Positions 16,695 through 25,187 of a DNA stretch of 64,000 bases are shown here, one piece after another. The notes below the pieces were generated by a model. That model saw only the letters and a list, made by a program, of their open reading frames with translations. It did no database searches and was not told where the DNA came from. The position numbers and the translations under genes are program-made. The DNA lies in contig OZ241889.1 in the NCBI GenBank assembly GCA_965203355.1, positions 1,984,001 through 2,048,000 of the forward strand, in the 5' to 3' direction. Every line of letters starts with the position of its first letter. Position 1 is the stretch's first letter. The DNA is from Candidatus Latescibacterota bacterium (lineage in GTDB: Bacteria > Latescibacterota > UBA2968 > UBA8231).

Positions 16695-18650
16695 ATGTCT
16701 GAAGTCTATGAGCCCAAGGCCGATGTACGCGCCCGCGCTCACGTCAAAAGCATGGACCAGTATCGGGAAGAGTACGCGCACTCCATCGCCGACCCAGCGG
16801 CTTTTTGGGCCGCCAAGGCCGAGGCGTTCCACTGGTTCAAAAAGTGGGATACCGTGCGGTCGTACAACTACGACATGGACGCCGGGCCGATTGCGATTGA
16901 GTGGTTTGTCGGCGGCCAGACCAACATCGCGTACAATTGCCTCGACCGGCACCTCGCGGCCAAAGGCGATCAGGTCGCCATCATCTGGGAGGGCAACGAG
17001 CCGGGGGAAGAGGCCACGCTGACCTATAAAGAGCTACACGAACAGGTCTGCAAGTTCGCCAACGTGCTCAAGGCGCGTGGCGTGGCCAAGGGCGATCGCG
17101 TCTCCATCTACCTGCCGATGGTACCCGAACTGGCCATTGCCATGCTGGCCTGCGCTCGCATTGGCGCGATTCACTCGATCGTGTTCGGCGGCTTTTCCGC
17201 GGACGCGCTGGCCGACCGCATTGTCGATTCCACCTGTACCACGGTCATCACCTGCAACGGTACGCATCGCGGCGACAAGCCCATTCTGATGAAACCCGTG
17301 GCGGACCAAGCCATGGCCGACGCGGCCGCGCGCATGGACGCCGAGGTAGCTACCTGCATCGTGGTTGACCGTGCGGACTTTGCCGTGGAGATGCAGGACG
17401 GCCGCGACTGCTGGTGGCACGAGCTGATGGCTGATGCAGACGCCGACTGCGCTTGCGCGGTCATGGACGCCGAGGACCCGCTCTTCATCCTCTATACCTC
17501 GGGCTCCACCGGCAAACCCAAGGGAGTCCAGCACACAGTCGGCGGGTACATGGTCTATACCGGCACTACGCACAAGTACGTCTTCGACTACCACGACGGC
17601 GACATCTACTTCTGCGCGGCCGACATCGGCTGGGTCACCGGCCACTCGTACATCATATACGGTCCGCTGGCCAACGGCGCGACCACCGTGATGTTTGAAG
17701 CCATTCCCACCTATCCCAACCCGGACCGCTATTGGCAGACTATTGAGAAGTGGAACGTCAATCAGTTCTACACGGCCCCGACCGCCATCCGCGCAATTGC
17801 CGCGGCGGGCGAGGAATGGCCGGCCGGCTACGAGATGCCTTCCCTGCGCCTGCTGGGCACGGTCGGCGAGCCGATCAACCCCGAAGCTTGGCGCTGGTAT
17901 CACAAAAACGCCGGCAAGGAGCGCTGCCCCATCGTCGATACGTGGTGGCAGACCGAGACCGGCGGTATCCTCATCACGCCGCTGCCCGGCGCGACCCCCA
18001 CCAAGCCCGGTTCGGCCACTTTTCCCTTCTTCGGCATTGAGCCGGTCGTGCTCGACCCGGAGAGCGGCACCGAGATCGAAGGCAACGGCGTCGCGGGTGT
18101 CTTGGCCCTGCGCGCCCCTTGGCCGGGGCAAATGCGCACGGTGTACGGCGATCACGAGCGCTTTGAGCAGACCTATTTCCAGCAGTACAAAGGCTACTAC
18201 TTTACCGGCGATGGCTGTCGGCGCGACGAGGATGGCTACTATTGGATCACCGGCCGCGTCGACGACGTAATCAATGTCTCGGGCCACCGCATGGGCACGG
18301 CCGAGGTCGAGAGCGCGTTGGTGCTACACGCCAAGGTAGCCGAGGCCGCGGTCGTTGGTTTTCCGCACGCCATCAAGGGCGAGGGTATTTACGCCTACGT
18401 GACGCTCAATGCCGGCGAGGAATACACCGACGCGCTCAAAGGCGAACTCAAGCAACAGGTGCGCACGGCCATCGGCCCAATCGCCACCCCGGATGTCATT
18501 CACTGGGCGCCGGGTTTGCCCAAGACGCGCTCGGGCAAAATCATGCGCCGCATCCTGCGCAAAATTGCCACCGGCGAGACCGACTCCATCGGCGACACGT
18601 CAACGCTAGCCGAACCAGCGGTTGTAGAATCGCTTATGGCCAATAAGTAG
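16695..18650 (+). CDS. acs: Acetyl-CoA synthetase (AMP-forming)
   Basis: [61 protein letters not shown]. Confidence 0.97.
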   Translation: MSEVYEPKADVRARAHVKSMDQYREEYAHSIADPAAFWAAKAEAFHWFKKWDTVRSYNYDMDAGPIAIEWFVGGQTNIAYNCLDRHLAAKGDQVAIIWEGNEPGEEATLTYKELHEQVCKFANVLKARGVAKGDRVSIYLPMVPELAIAMLACARIGAIHSIVFGGFSADALADRIVDSTCTTVITCNGTHRGDKPILMKPVADQAMADAAARMDAEVATCIVVDRADFAVEMQDGRDCWWHELMADADADCACAVMDAEDPLFILYTSGSTGKPKGVQHTVGGYMVYTGTTHKYVFDYHDGDIYFCAADIGWVTGHSYIIYGPLANGATTVMFEAIPTYPNPDRYWQTIEKWNVNQFYTAPTAIRAIAAAGEEWPAGYEMPSLRLLGTVGEPINPEAWRWYHKNAGKERCPIVDTWWQTETGGILITPLPGATPTKPGSATFPFFGIEPVVLDPESGTEIEGNGVAGVLALRAPWPGQMRTVYGDHERFEQTYFQQYKGYYFTGDGCRRDEDGYYWITGRVDDVINVSGHRMGTAEVESALVLHAKVAEAAVVGFPHAIKGEGIYAYVTLNAGEEYTDALKGELKQQVRTAIGPIATPDVIHWAPGLPKTRSGKIMRRILRKIATGETDSIGDTSTLAEPAVVESLMANK

Positions 18651-20620
18651 TGAGGGCAGCAATACCCGAAAGCAACGCGGACCCCTTCTCGCACGAGTGG
18701 CTGGAGACCAACGGCTTGGGTGGCTGGGCTTCCTCCACAGTGAGCGGGGCGCACACGCGGCGCTACCACGGCCTACTGGTTGTGGCGACCTGTCCGCCGG
18801 TTGGCCGGGCGGTGTTGCTGTCGCGGCTCGACGAGACCTTGGTCTTGCCCACCGGCCGGGTCGAGCTAAGTTGCCGCATTTTCCCCGGGGCCATTCATCC
18901 CCGGGGCGACCAATGGCTGACTGACTTCGCACTGGAACCGGTGCCGACGTGGACGTACGCGGGCGATGGGTGGGTATTGCGCAAGCGGCTGGCTTTGCTC
19001 GCGGGCGAGCACGCCTTGGTCGTCGCGTACGAGCTAGTGGAAGCGTCTGAGCCGCTTTGTTTGGCGTTGCGTCCCTTTTTCGCGGGCCGGGACTATCACC
19101 ACTTGATGCAGGCCAACGATCGAGTGGCAACAACAGCCGATTGGGCTGAGGACGTGTTGATCTATCGCCCCTATCGGGCGTGGCCGGCCACGCACCTCCG
19201 CGCGTCAGGGGCGGCCTGGGAAGCCGATCCAGACTGGTACTACAACTTCCAATATCCGCGCGAGGAAGAACGCGGCCTCGATCACCGCGAAGACCTGTTT
19301 ACGCCCGGCTACCTGCGTTTGCCGCTCGTCCCCAGCGCGACCGTTGGCGTACTGGCGGCTACTCAACCGCCCGCCTGCCGCGACCCCCTCGCACTCCTGG
19401 CCGCCGAAATCGACCGCCGTCAGCGGGTGGCGGGGTGCGCTCCTTGGGCGGCCGATCCGTTGCTGCGGTCGCTGGCGCGGGCGGCCGATCAGTTTGTGGT
19501 GCGGCGCGGCGATGGCCTACACACCATTGTCGCAGGCTATCACTGGTTCACGGATTGGGGCCGCGACACCATGATCGCGCTGCCCGGCCTCTGCTTGGTC
19601 ACCGGGCGCTTTGCCGAGGCGCGGGGCATCTTCGCGGCGTTTGCCGAGCACGTCAGCGAAGGCATGATCCCCAACCGCTTTCCCGACGCGGGCGCGGCGC
19701 CAGAATACCACGCTGTGGATGCGACCTTGTGGTTTTTTGTCGCACTCTACAAGTATTTGCAGTACACCGGGGATTACGAGTTTGCCCGTGTGCTATGGCC
19801 GACGCTAGCGGACATAGTCGCTTGGCACGAGCGCGGTACGCGCTATCAGATACGAGTTGATGCCGACGGCCTGCTCGCGGCTGGGGAGCCGGGGGTGCAA
19901 TTGACGTGGATGGATGCCAAGATCGGCGATTGGGTGGTCACGCCGCGCACGGGCAAGCCGGTGGAGGTCAATGCGCTCTGGTACAATGCGCTCAAAATTT
20001 TACAACACTTGGCCGAGACCTTGGGTCAACGCGCCGATTACGGCCCGCGCGCCGCTGAGGTGTTGGCGTCCTTTGAGCACCTGTTCTGGTGCGAAGAACG
20101 CGGCTACCTCTGCGATGTGGTCGCGCCCGAGGGGCCAGATTGGGCCATCCGCCCCAATCAAGTTTTCGCGCTCTCGTTGCCTTTTCCACTCGTCGAGGGA
20201 ACGCGGGCGCGGCGGATTTTATCGGTAATTGACCAACACTTGCTGACCCCGCGCGGTCTGCGCAGCCTAGCGCCGAGCGATCCGGCGTACTGCGCTCAGT
20301 ATGCGGGCGGCCCTTGGGAACGCGACAGCGCGTATCACCAAGGCACGGTTTGGGGGTGGCTCCTCGGCCCGTACATCACCGCTCTCTGCCGCTGCCACGG
20401 TCGCGCGGGTCGCCAGCGCGGACGCGCCCTGCTCGACGGCTTTGCCGCGCACCTGAACGAGGCGGGCTTGGGCATGGTCTCAGAGATATTTGACGCCGAG
20501 CCGCCTTTCGCGCCGCGCGGCTGCATTGCCCAGGCATGGAGCGTGGCCGAGTTGTTGCGGGCTGGGGTCGAGGATGTGGGGGCCTTGGTTGCATACCGAA
20601 AACGTCCCGAGACCACTTGA
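18650..20620 (+). CDS. Amylo-alpha-1,6-glucosidase / glycogen debranching enzyme
   Basis: EWLETNGLGGWAS, TRRYHGLL, AGYHWFTDWGRDTMI, QLTWMDAK, YHQGTVW, GCIAQAWSVAE. Confidence 0.92.
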   Translation: MRAAIPESNADPFSHEWLETNGLGGWASSTVSGAHTRRYHGLLVVATCPPVGRAVLLSRLDETLVLPTGRVELSCRIFPGAIHPRGDQWLTDFALEPVPTWTYAGDGWVLRKRLALLAGEHALVVAYELVEASEPLCLALRPFFAGRDYHHLMQANDRVATTADWAEDVLIYRPYRAWPATHLRASGAAWEADPDWYYNFQYPREEERGLDHREDLFTPGYLRLPLVPSATVGVLAATQPPACRDPLALLAAEIDRRQRVAGCAPWAADPLLRSLARAADQFVVRRGDGLHTIVAGYHWFTDWGRDTMIALPGLCLVTGRFAEARGIFAAFAEHVSEGMIPNRFPDAGAAPEYHAVDATLWFFVALYKYLQYTGDYEFARVLWPTLADIVAWHERGTRYQIRVDADGLLAAGEPGVQLTWMDAKIGDWVVTPRTGKPVEVNALWYNALKILQHLAETLGQRADYGPRAAEVLASFEHLFWCEERGYLCDVVAPEGPDWAIRPNQVFALSLPFPLVEGTRARRILSVIDQHLLTPRGLRSLAPSDPAYCAQYAGGPWERDSAYHQGTVWGWLLGPYITALCRCHGRAGRQRGRALLDGFAAHLNEAGLGMVSEIFDAEPPFAPRGCIAQAWSVAELLRAGVEDVGALVAYRKRPETT

Positions 20621-20642
20621 GATTTCAACACGCACCACTACC
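20592..20642 (+). repeat. 51-bp direct repeat, copy 1
   Basis: CATACCGAAAACGTCCCGAGACCACTTGAGATTTCAACACGCACCACTACC matches 21095-21145 at 47 of 51 positions. Confidence 0.93.
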
Positions 20643-20652
20643 CGATTTCCAT

Positions 20653-20693
20653 TTGACAGGTCTTGACTGAATACTTATAAAATAAGCTATAAT
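20653..20693 (+). promoter_or_regulatory. Overlapping sigma70-like promoters for the accessory operon
   Basis: TTGACA(20653)-N17-TATAAA(20676) and TTGACT(20663)-N19-TATAAT(20688) in an AT-rich patch. Confidence 0.7.
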
Positions 20694-20698
20694 TCACA

Positions 20699-20829
20699 GC
20701 GGCGGGTATACAACCTCCGCCGTTTGCGGCACTCTTAGTCGGATTAACAGGACATGGGCACAGCGTCAATATCACAAAGCATATCATCGTTGGGATCGGT
20801 GCTTGATGCGATGACAGTGCCTTGTTTTG
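20699..20829 (+). ncRNA. Candidate structured leader RNA (short hairpin plus ~82-nt irregular hairpin)
   Basis: GCGGCGG/CCGCCGT stem at 20699-20723. CAGGACATGGGCAC (20748) pairs with GTGCCTTGTTTTG (to 20829), with inner GTCA/TGAC and AAGCA/TGCTT stems. No family recognised. Confidence 0.4.
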
Positions 20830-20885
20830 CGCTTGAAATAACGCCGAGTCTTAAATCTCATAGGTCGTTAAAAAACAATGACTTA

Positions 20886-20901
20886 CCCCCCCCCCCCCCC
20901 C
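20886..20901 (+). repeat. C16 homopolymer tract within a short leader ORF (ATG 20878)
   Basis: ATG ACT TA followed by 16 C; counted directly. Confidence 0.9.
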
Positions 20902-21094
20902 TCAATTTTCTCGGGCATTAAGCTCTAAATTCATTCATCAGCCTCTTCCCTCAGTTTCCCTTCCTCAGCGGAAGCGGGAAGAGGTATTGCTCTGCCGCAT
21001 CGGCCTGTCCCACCGGCCACCTAATAAACGAAAACCATCCTCGGTATTCCTAGCGGTTGTCGGCCGGGAGGTCGTAGCACTGGGCGGTCCAAGA

Positions 21095-21145
21095 CATACC
21101 GAAAACGTCCCGAGACCGCTTGAGATTTCAAAGCGTACCACTACC
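21095..21145 (+). repeat. 51-bp direct repeat, copy 2
   Basis: CATACCGAAAACGTCCCGAGACCGCTTGAGATTTCAAAGCGTACCACTACC, 503 bp downstream of copy 1. Confidence 0.93.
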
Positions 21146-21183
21146 AAACATGATAAGCCCGTAACTACTTACTCCAAAAAGTA

Positions 21184-22431
21184 ATGCAAGATTGGAATTG
21201 GGATAAGAACGCTTGGACTTGTTCCAAGGATAACCGCGAACATCATGCGCTCGCTAATTTTTGTGCGGTTTGCGGCGTTGCTGTCGAGAGCAAACCTGTC
21301 GATTGCATGGCCGACGTACCTCCTGGAAATAGCAAAGACAGTGCCGTCGAGAAGCTGCCGGTCATTATGGACCAAGTCGACGACCTCTTTAACGTATTCG
21401 GCCAGCCTCTATTAGTGAGTAAATCTAGTGGAAAAATGAGTACCTACATAGAGAGCGAATCACGCGCCCTGCCTCAACTCAATGGGGCTTCTTTGCGTCA
21501 GGTGGATTTTGACCGCTGGTGGATTTACGCGCTCACTGAGGAGGGAACGCTTCAAGTATTTCCGACCCCTGCATTATTGAACGACGATATGCTTCAAGCC
21601 GCTCGGTGGAAGCAGATTGCCGTGGAACATGAGCGCATCAAGAACATTGCCTTTGGCCGGGATCGGCTTTTCCTACTCGACCAAGAGGCATTGACTATTC
21701 ATGTATATAGTGTAGATAAAGCAAGTTGCCATCGATACTGGAAGAAAGAGACAGACATCTTCGACCAATTGAAAGAGCCATACGAGAATTCGTCGCCTAT
21801 CGAAGAAATGATTCCAATTCGGGGAAGCGAATCCTATCTGGGCTTAATAGAAGAGCAAAACAGGGTTGCTTTCTTGGATTTAGAACAAGGAGAGAAAATT
21901 CCGTATATGGACCCACTCGGCGACACATTAGAAGCCTGGGCGGGAGTGATGTACGGCGAAGAGCCGAAAAAGCCGTCAATATGGCTATTGACTAAAGAGG
22001 GTGACCTAGCGGCCCTAAATTTAGTCGGCCAACAGGTGAGAAAAGATATACTTAGCCAAGGCGAGGTGTGGGCCCTACAGGTATTGCGGATCGAATCCGA
22101 CTATTGGTATGTGGCGATGGAGCACAATCGAATGCTGTTGTTCGATCCATTGGATCGGCAAATTAAGTCCGAATTGGAGTGTAGTCCCGGATATTACTTG
22201 GAGCAAATCCATAAGACTAAAGGCATGGGCGGCTTGATCACCAACTTCCAAAAAGGGGGAGTGGGAGCTAATACGTCATTCCATCTTTCCCGTCTTGATG
22301 AACGGGGAGGGATGCCCTTGCGCAGCTATCCTTTCGGAGAAGAGCCGGTTGCGCCGCCAGCGGGTTTCGGCAAGTACGTGTACGTGCTGACTAAGGATCA
22401 TCTATATCGCTATGATCTATTGGCCATTTGA
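21184..22431 (+). CDS. Hypothetical protein: N-terminal Zn-ribbon plus probable beta-propeller
   Basis: WTCSKD...NFCAVCG ribbon; repeated beta-strand blades (WWIYALTEEGTLQVF, LFLLDQEALTIHVY, APPAGFGKYVYVLTKDHLYRYDL). Confidence 0.6.
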   Translation: MQDWNWDKNAWTCSKDNREHHALANFCAVCGVAVESKPVDCMADVPPGNSKDSAVEKLPVIMDQVDDLFNVFGQPLLVSKSSGKMSTYIESESRALPQLNGASLRQVDFDRWWIYALTEEGTLQVFPTPALLNDDMLQAARWKQIAVEHERIKNIAFGRDRLFLLDQEALTIHVYSVDKASCHRYWKKETDIFDQLKEPYENSSPIEEMIPIRGSESYLGLIEEQNRVAFLDLEQGEKIPYMDPLGDTLEAWAGVMYGEEPKKPSIWLLTKEGDLAALNLVGQQVRKDILSQGEVWALQVLRIESDYWYVAMEHNRMLLFDPLDRQIKSELECSPGYYLEQIHKTKGMGGLITNFQKGGVGANTSFHLSRLDERGGMPLRSYPFGEEPVAPPAGFGKYVYVLTKDHLYRYDLLAI

Positions 22432-24031
22432 AAACCAGCGACTCTGGTACGTTGCTCTGCTGTGTTGCCTAGCGTTTAGCGGCCCTCGTGCCGCCGCGGA
22501 GACCAATGTCAGCATCTTGGTTGATGGCTCTGGTTCAATGGAGGGCTTCCAACAAACAGGTGAGCTACAGAAACTGCTGGTCTCGCTAGAAAAAGCTTGC
22601 CAAGACCATCAACTGGAGGCGCGCACTTTATTTTTTGTATCCCAACACCCGGACTCGCTAGTGTGGAACAAGGCGGAGTCGTACCAGACTCAAGGCGCAC
22701 AATGGGGCAGCTATACCAATTTGCTCAGGGCTTTTGAAGAAGGGCTTGGATGGGCACCTATTACCTTTTTTCTTACCGACAATGTCCAAGCGACCACCAA
22801 TGACGAGGATGTTCGGGGGCTTTATACACGTTTTGCCGAGGATGTGGTACAAGTACTGTGGGCGGTGCCGCTGAATCTGTCCTTCGACGGGAGGTTGTTC
22901 AATCACCCGGACAAGGCTTACCATCAAGGCCGGCGTGGGGCGGTCCTTTATGCCTATCTCACAGAAGAAAGTCAACGTGCTAGATTCGGCAAACTCATCT
23001 CCCAACTCAGCGCTGGCGGCTTGGAACCGATGCTGATGAAACCGCTAGACCACCGCATTGTTCTACATCGCAAACGCAGTACCCCTTCGGACCAGCCGAT
23101 CGACATCGGCATGGACGAATACGAGGCGATAAATTTTTCCTTTACGCTAGAGTCGCAATTGAGCTATCTGAATATTGATCCAACGGATGAGCATGGTAAT
23201 CAAGTCCGGTTGAAGACGAGCCAGCCTAGGATCGATCCCATGAAGGCTGAGGATCGGCGGTATTGGATTCGAGCTAGCGGGAAAGGACGAGTTACTCCAC
23301 CCCGCCTTGAAGAGAAACTGGAGCATAAAACCCAGAACAAATATCGCTATTCGTGCCGGGTCCGCCTAGGCCCGTTCTTGCCCAGCGAAGTTGGCTTCTT
23401 CGACCAGCTTGACATGGCGCGTACAAGCCCGATTCCAGTGCAATATATGTTCAAGGTCGTCTTGGAGATACCGCCTGGCTCGTTTCGCATGACTCCGGTT
23501 TATAAGGAGAAATACTTTACCGACAACCCCCAAGAAGTCGAGCGTATCTATACGCCAGACGATCTGATACACTTCCTGCACCGAGACCGAGAAGGCTTGG
23601 AAGTGGTACCCAAGGGAGGAGCCATAAGAGGCAGGTTACAAGTCCGTTCCCCGCTCTATCTGTGGCGGGCTTGGGTCGCGGTGATCTTGCTACCCTTCGC
23701 TGTGATAGCTGCCGGGGGAATGGTTTATTTTAGGAGGCTGGTTTATCGGCTAGCAGACGTCAAATACAAGCACTGGATGCGCCCCGGCACTCAAAAGGAA
23801 TTGGAGTACACAAACCAAAGCGGAAAGGATATTGTTTTGGGATATTTGCGGCGAGACAGCCTGTTCAAATGCAAATACCGCTTACTGCCGGTCGAAGAGG
23901 GCGACGAAAGGGCTGAACTAAGAAATCGGATGGACGATCCGGTCGGAAAGGAGGGGGTGGCTTTTGAAAGGGATGAAAAATGGGTTTTCAACCACAAGGG
24001 CAATGAATTTAAACTGGAACGCCTCAAATAA
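22412..24031 (+). CDS. Signal-peptide, vWA-like extracytoplasmic protein with a C-terminal TM anchor and cytoplasmic tail
   Basis: Signal peptide ending AAA-E; ILVDGSGSM (DxSxS MIDAS), FFLTDN; TM AWVAVILLPFAVIAAGGMVYF followed by about 100 aa. Confidence 0.65.
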   Translation: MIYWPFENQRLWYVALLCCLAFSGPRAAAETNVSILVDGSGSMEGFQQTGELQKLLVSLEKACQDHQLEARTLFFVSQHPDSLVWNKAESYQTQGAQWGSYTNLLRAFEEGLGWAPITFFLTDNVQATTNDEDVRGLYTRFAEDVVQVLWAVPLNLSFDGRLFNHPDKAYHQGRRGAVLYAYLTEESQRARFGKLISQLSAGGLEPMLMKPLDHRIVLHRKRSTPSDQPIDIGMDEYEAINFSFTLESQLSYLNIDPTDEHGNQVRLKTSQPRIDPMKAEDRRYWIRASGKGRVTPPRLEEKLEHKTQNKYRYSCRVRLGPFLPSEVGFFDQLDMARTSPIPVQYMFKVVLEIPPGSFRMTPVYKEKYFTDNPQEVERIYTPDDLIHFLHRDREGLEVVPKGGAIRGRLQVRSPLYLWRAWVAVILLPFAVIAAGGMVYFRRLVYRLADVKYKHWMRPGTQKELEYTNQSGKDIVLGYLRRDSLFKCKYRLLPVEEGDERAELRNRMDDPVGKEGVAFERDEKWVFNHKGNEFKLERLK

Positions 24032-24046
24032 CACTAGGGAGTCGAG

Positions 24047-25096
24047 ATGAAACGGCACATTGCGCTCGGATTCATACTGGCTATCGGCTGGATGGGGTGT
24101 GGCGGATCGGGACAAAGCGGCTCCACGTTTACCCAGCAGATTGCCAAGGAAGAGAAGGGAAGCGTGGTATTCCTCAAGGTCTCTACCAATGAGGGAGAAG
24201 GCCTGGGGAGCGGAATCATTGTTAAGTCAACGGGCCAAATTCTCACGGCGCACCATGTGATCAAGGGGATCAAAGAAGGATGGGCCAAGCCCTTCAAAGG
24301 GGCTTGGATGCCGATTACGGGTGTTGTCGCCCAAGACGAACTCAAGGATCTGGCGGTGATAAACGTCGATCCGGGCAACCAATTCCTACAGCAGTCTAGG
24401 CTTGGATCGGGAGAGTATATAAGTTCGGGCGATCCCGTAGTGGCAATAGGCAACCCGTTGGGGCTAGAGTACTCGGTTACCGAAGGAATTATCTCCGAGG
24501 TTCGCACTACCCCGGAGGGGCTCAGGCTGATTCAGACGGATGCTGCCGTATCGCCGGGCAATAGCGGCGGCCCCTTATTCGACCAGAACGGGGAGGTCAT
24601 TGGTGTGGTAAGTTTTAATCTAAGCTCTAGCCGCGACGAGGGGCAGAATCTCAATTTTGCGGTCTCAATTGATGAAGCTAGACCCCTGTTGGGGCTCCCC
24701 TCGGACCAATTTGAACCTGTTCGGGTAGGAGTCCCGCCACCGGAGACTAGGTCGCAGGCCTCCTTTCGTTACGTGGGGATTGTACGCATCGTCTGTATTT
24801 TGGTATTTTCTGTAACCTTATATCTCTTTTCGGCCTACATAGTCTTTAGCGGGCTCATCAAGAACCGAGACAAGCACCCGGCCACGGCTTTTGGCATATC
24901 CGCCCTCTTATCGTGGGGGGGCTTTGCGTTGATTGCCGCCTTTGTGTTGAGTGGCCTTTTTGATTTTTTAATGGGCTGGGTGTCAGATTCGCAAATTGAA
25001 TGGAGAATCTTCATCGCCGGACTGGTGTTCGCACTTTTCATCGTGGTGATAGTAAGACTTGTTTCCCGGCCATCGACCGTTAAAGATTCAGAATGA
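24047..25096 (+). CDS. Trypsin-like (S1C, PDZ-less) serine protease with lipoprotein signal and three C-terminal TM helices
   Basis: GWMGC lipobox-like; LTAHHV, DLAVI, SPGNSGGPL triad; three hydrophobic segments at the C-terminus. Confidence 0.85.
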   Translation: MKRHIALGFILAIGWMGCGGSGQSGSTFTQQIAKEEKGSVVFLKVSTNEGEGLGSGIIVKSTGQILTAHHVIKGIKEGWAKPFKGAWMPITGVVAQDELKDLAVINVDPGNQFLQQSRLGSGEYISSGDPVVAIGNPLGLEYSVTEGIISEVRTTPEGLRLIQTDAAVSPGNSGGPLFDQNGEVIGVVSFNLSSSRDEGQNLNFAVSIDEARPLLGLPSDQFEPVRVGVPPPETRSQASFRYVGIVRIVCILVFSVTLYLFSAYIVFSGLIKNRDKHPATAFGISALLSWGGFALIAAFVLSGLFDFLMGWVSDSQIEWRIFIAGLVFALFIVVIVRLVSRPSTVKDSE

Positions 25097-25187
25097 GAGA
25101 CGACCGCCGGAGACTTCGACCTGAGCGCGGCCGAAGATTTTCAGGCCACATCTAATACCCGTTGGAGCAAAATTGAAGGAGAACGCT

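Noticed and set aside
20699-20850. Retron msr-msd, c-di-GMP or c-di-AMP riboswitch for the leader hairpins
   Set aside because: No reverse transcriptase nearby and none of the diagnostic riboswitch motifs were seen; kept only as an unknown structured RNA.
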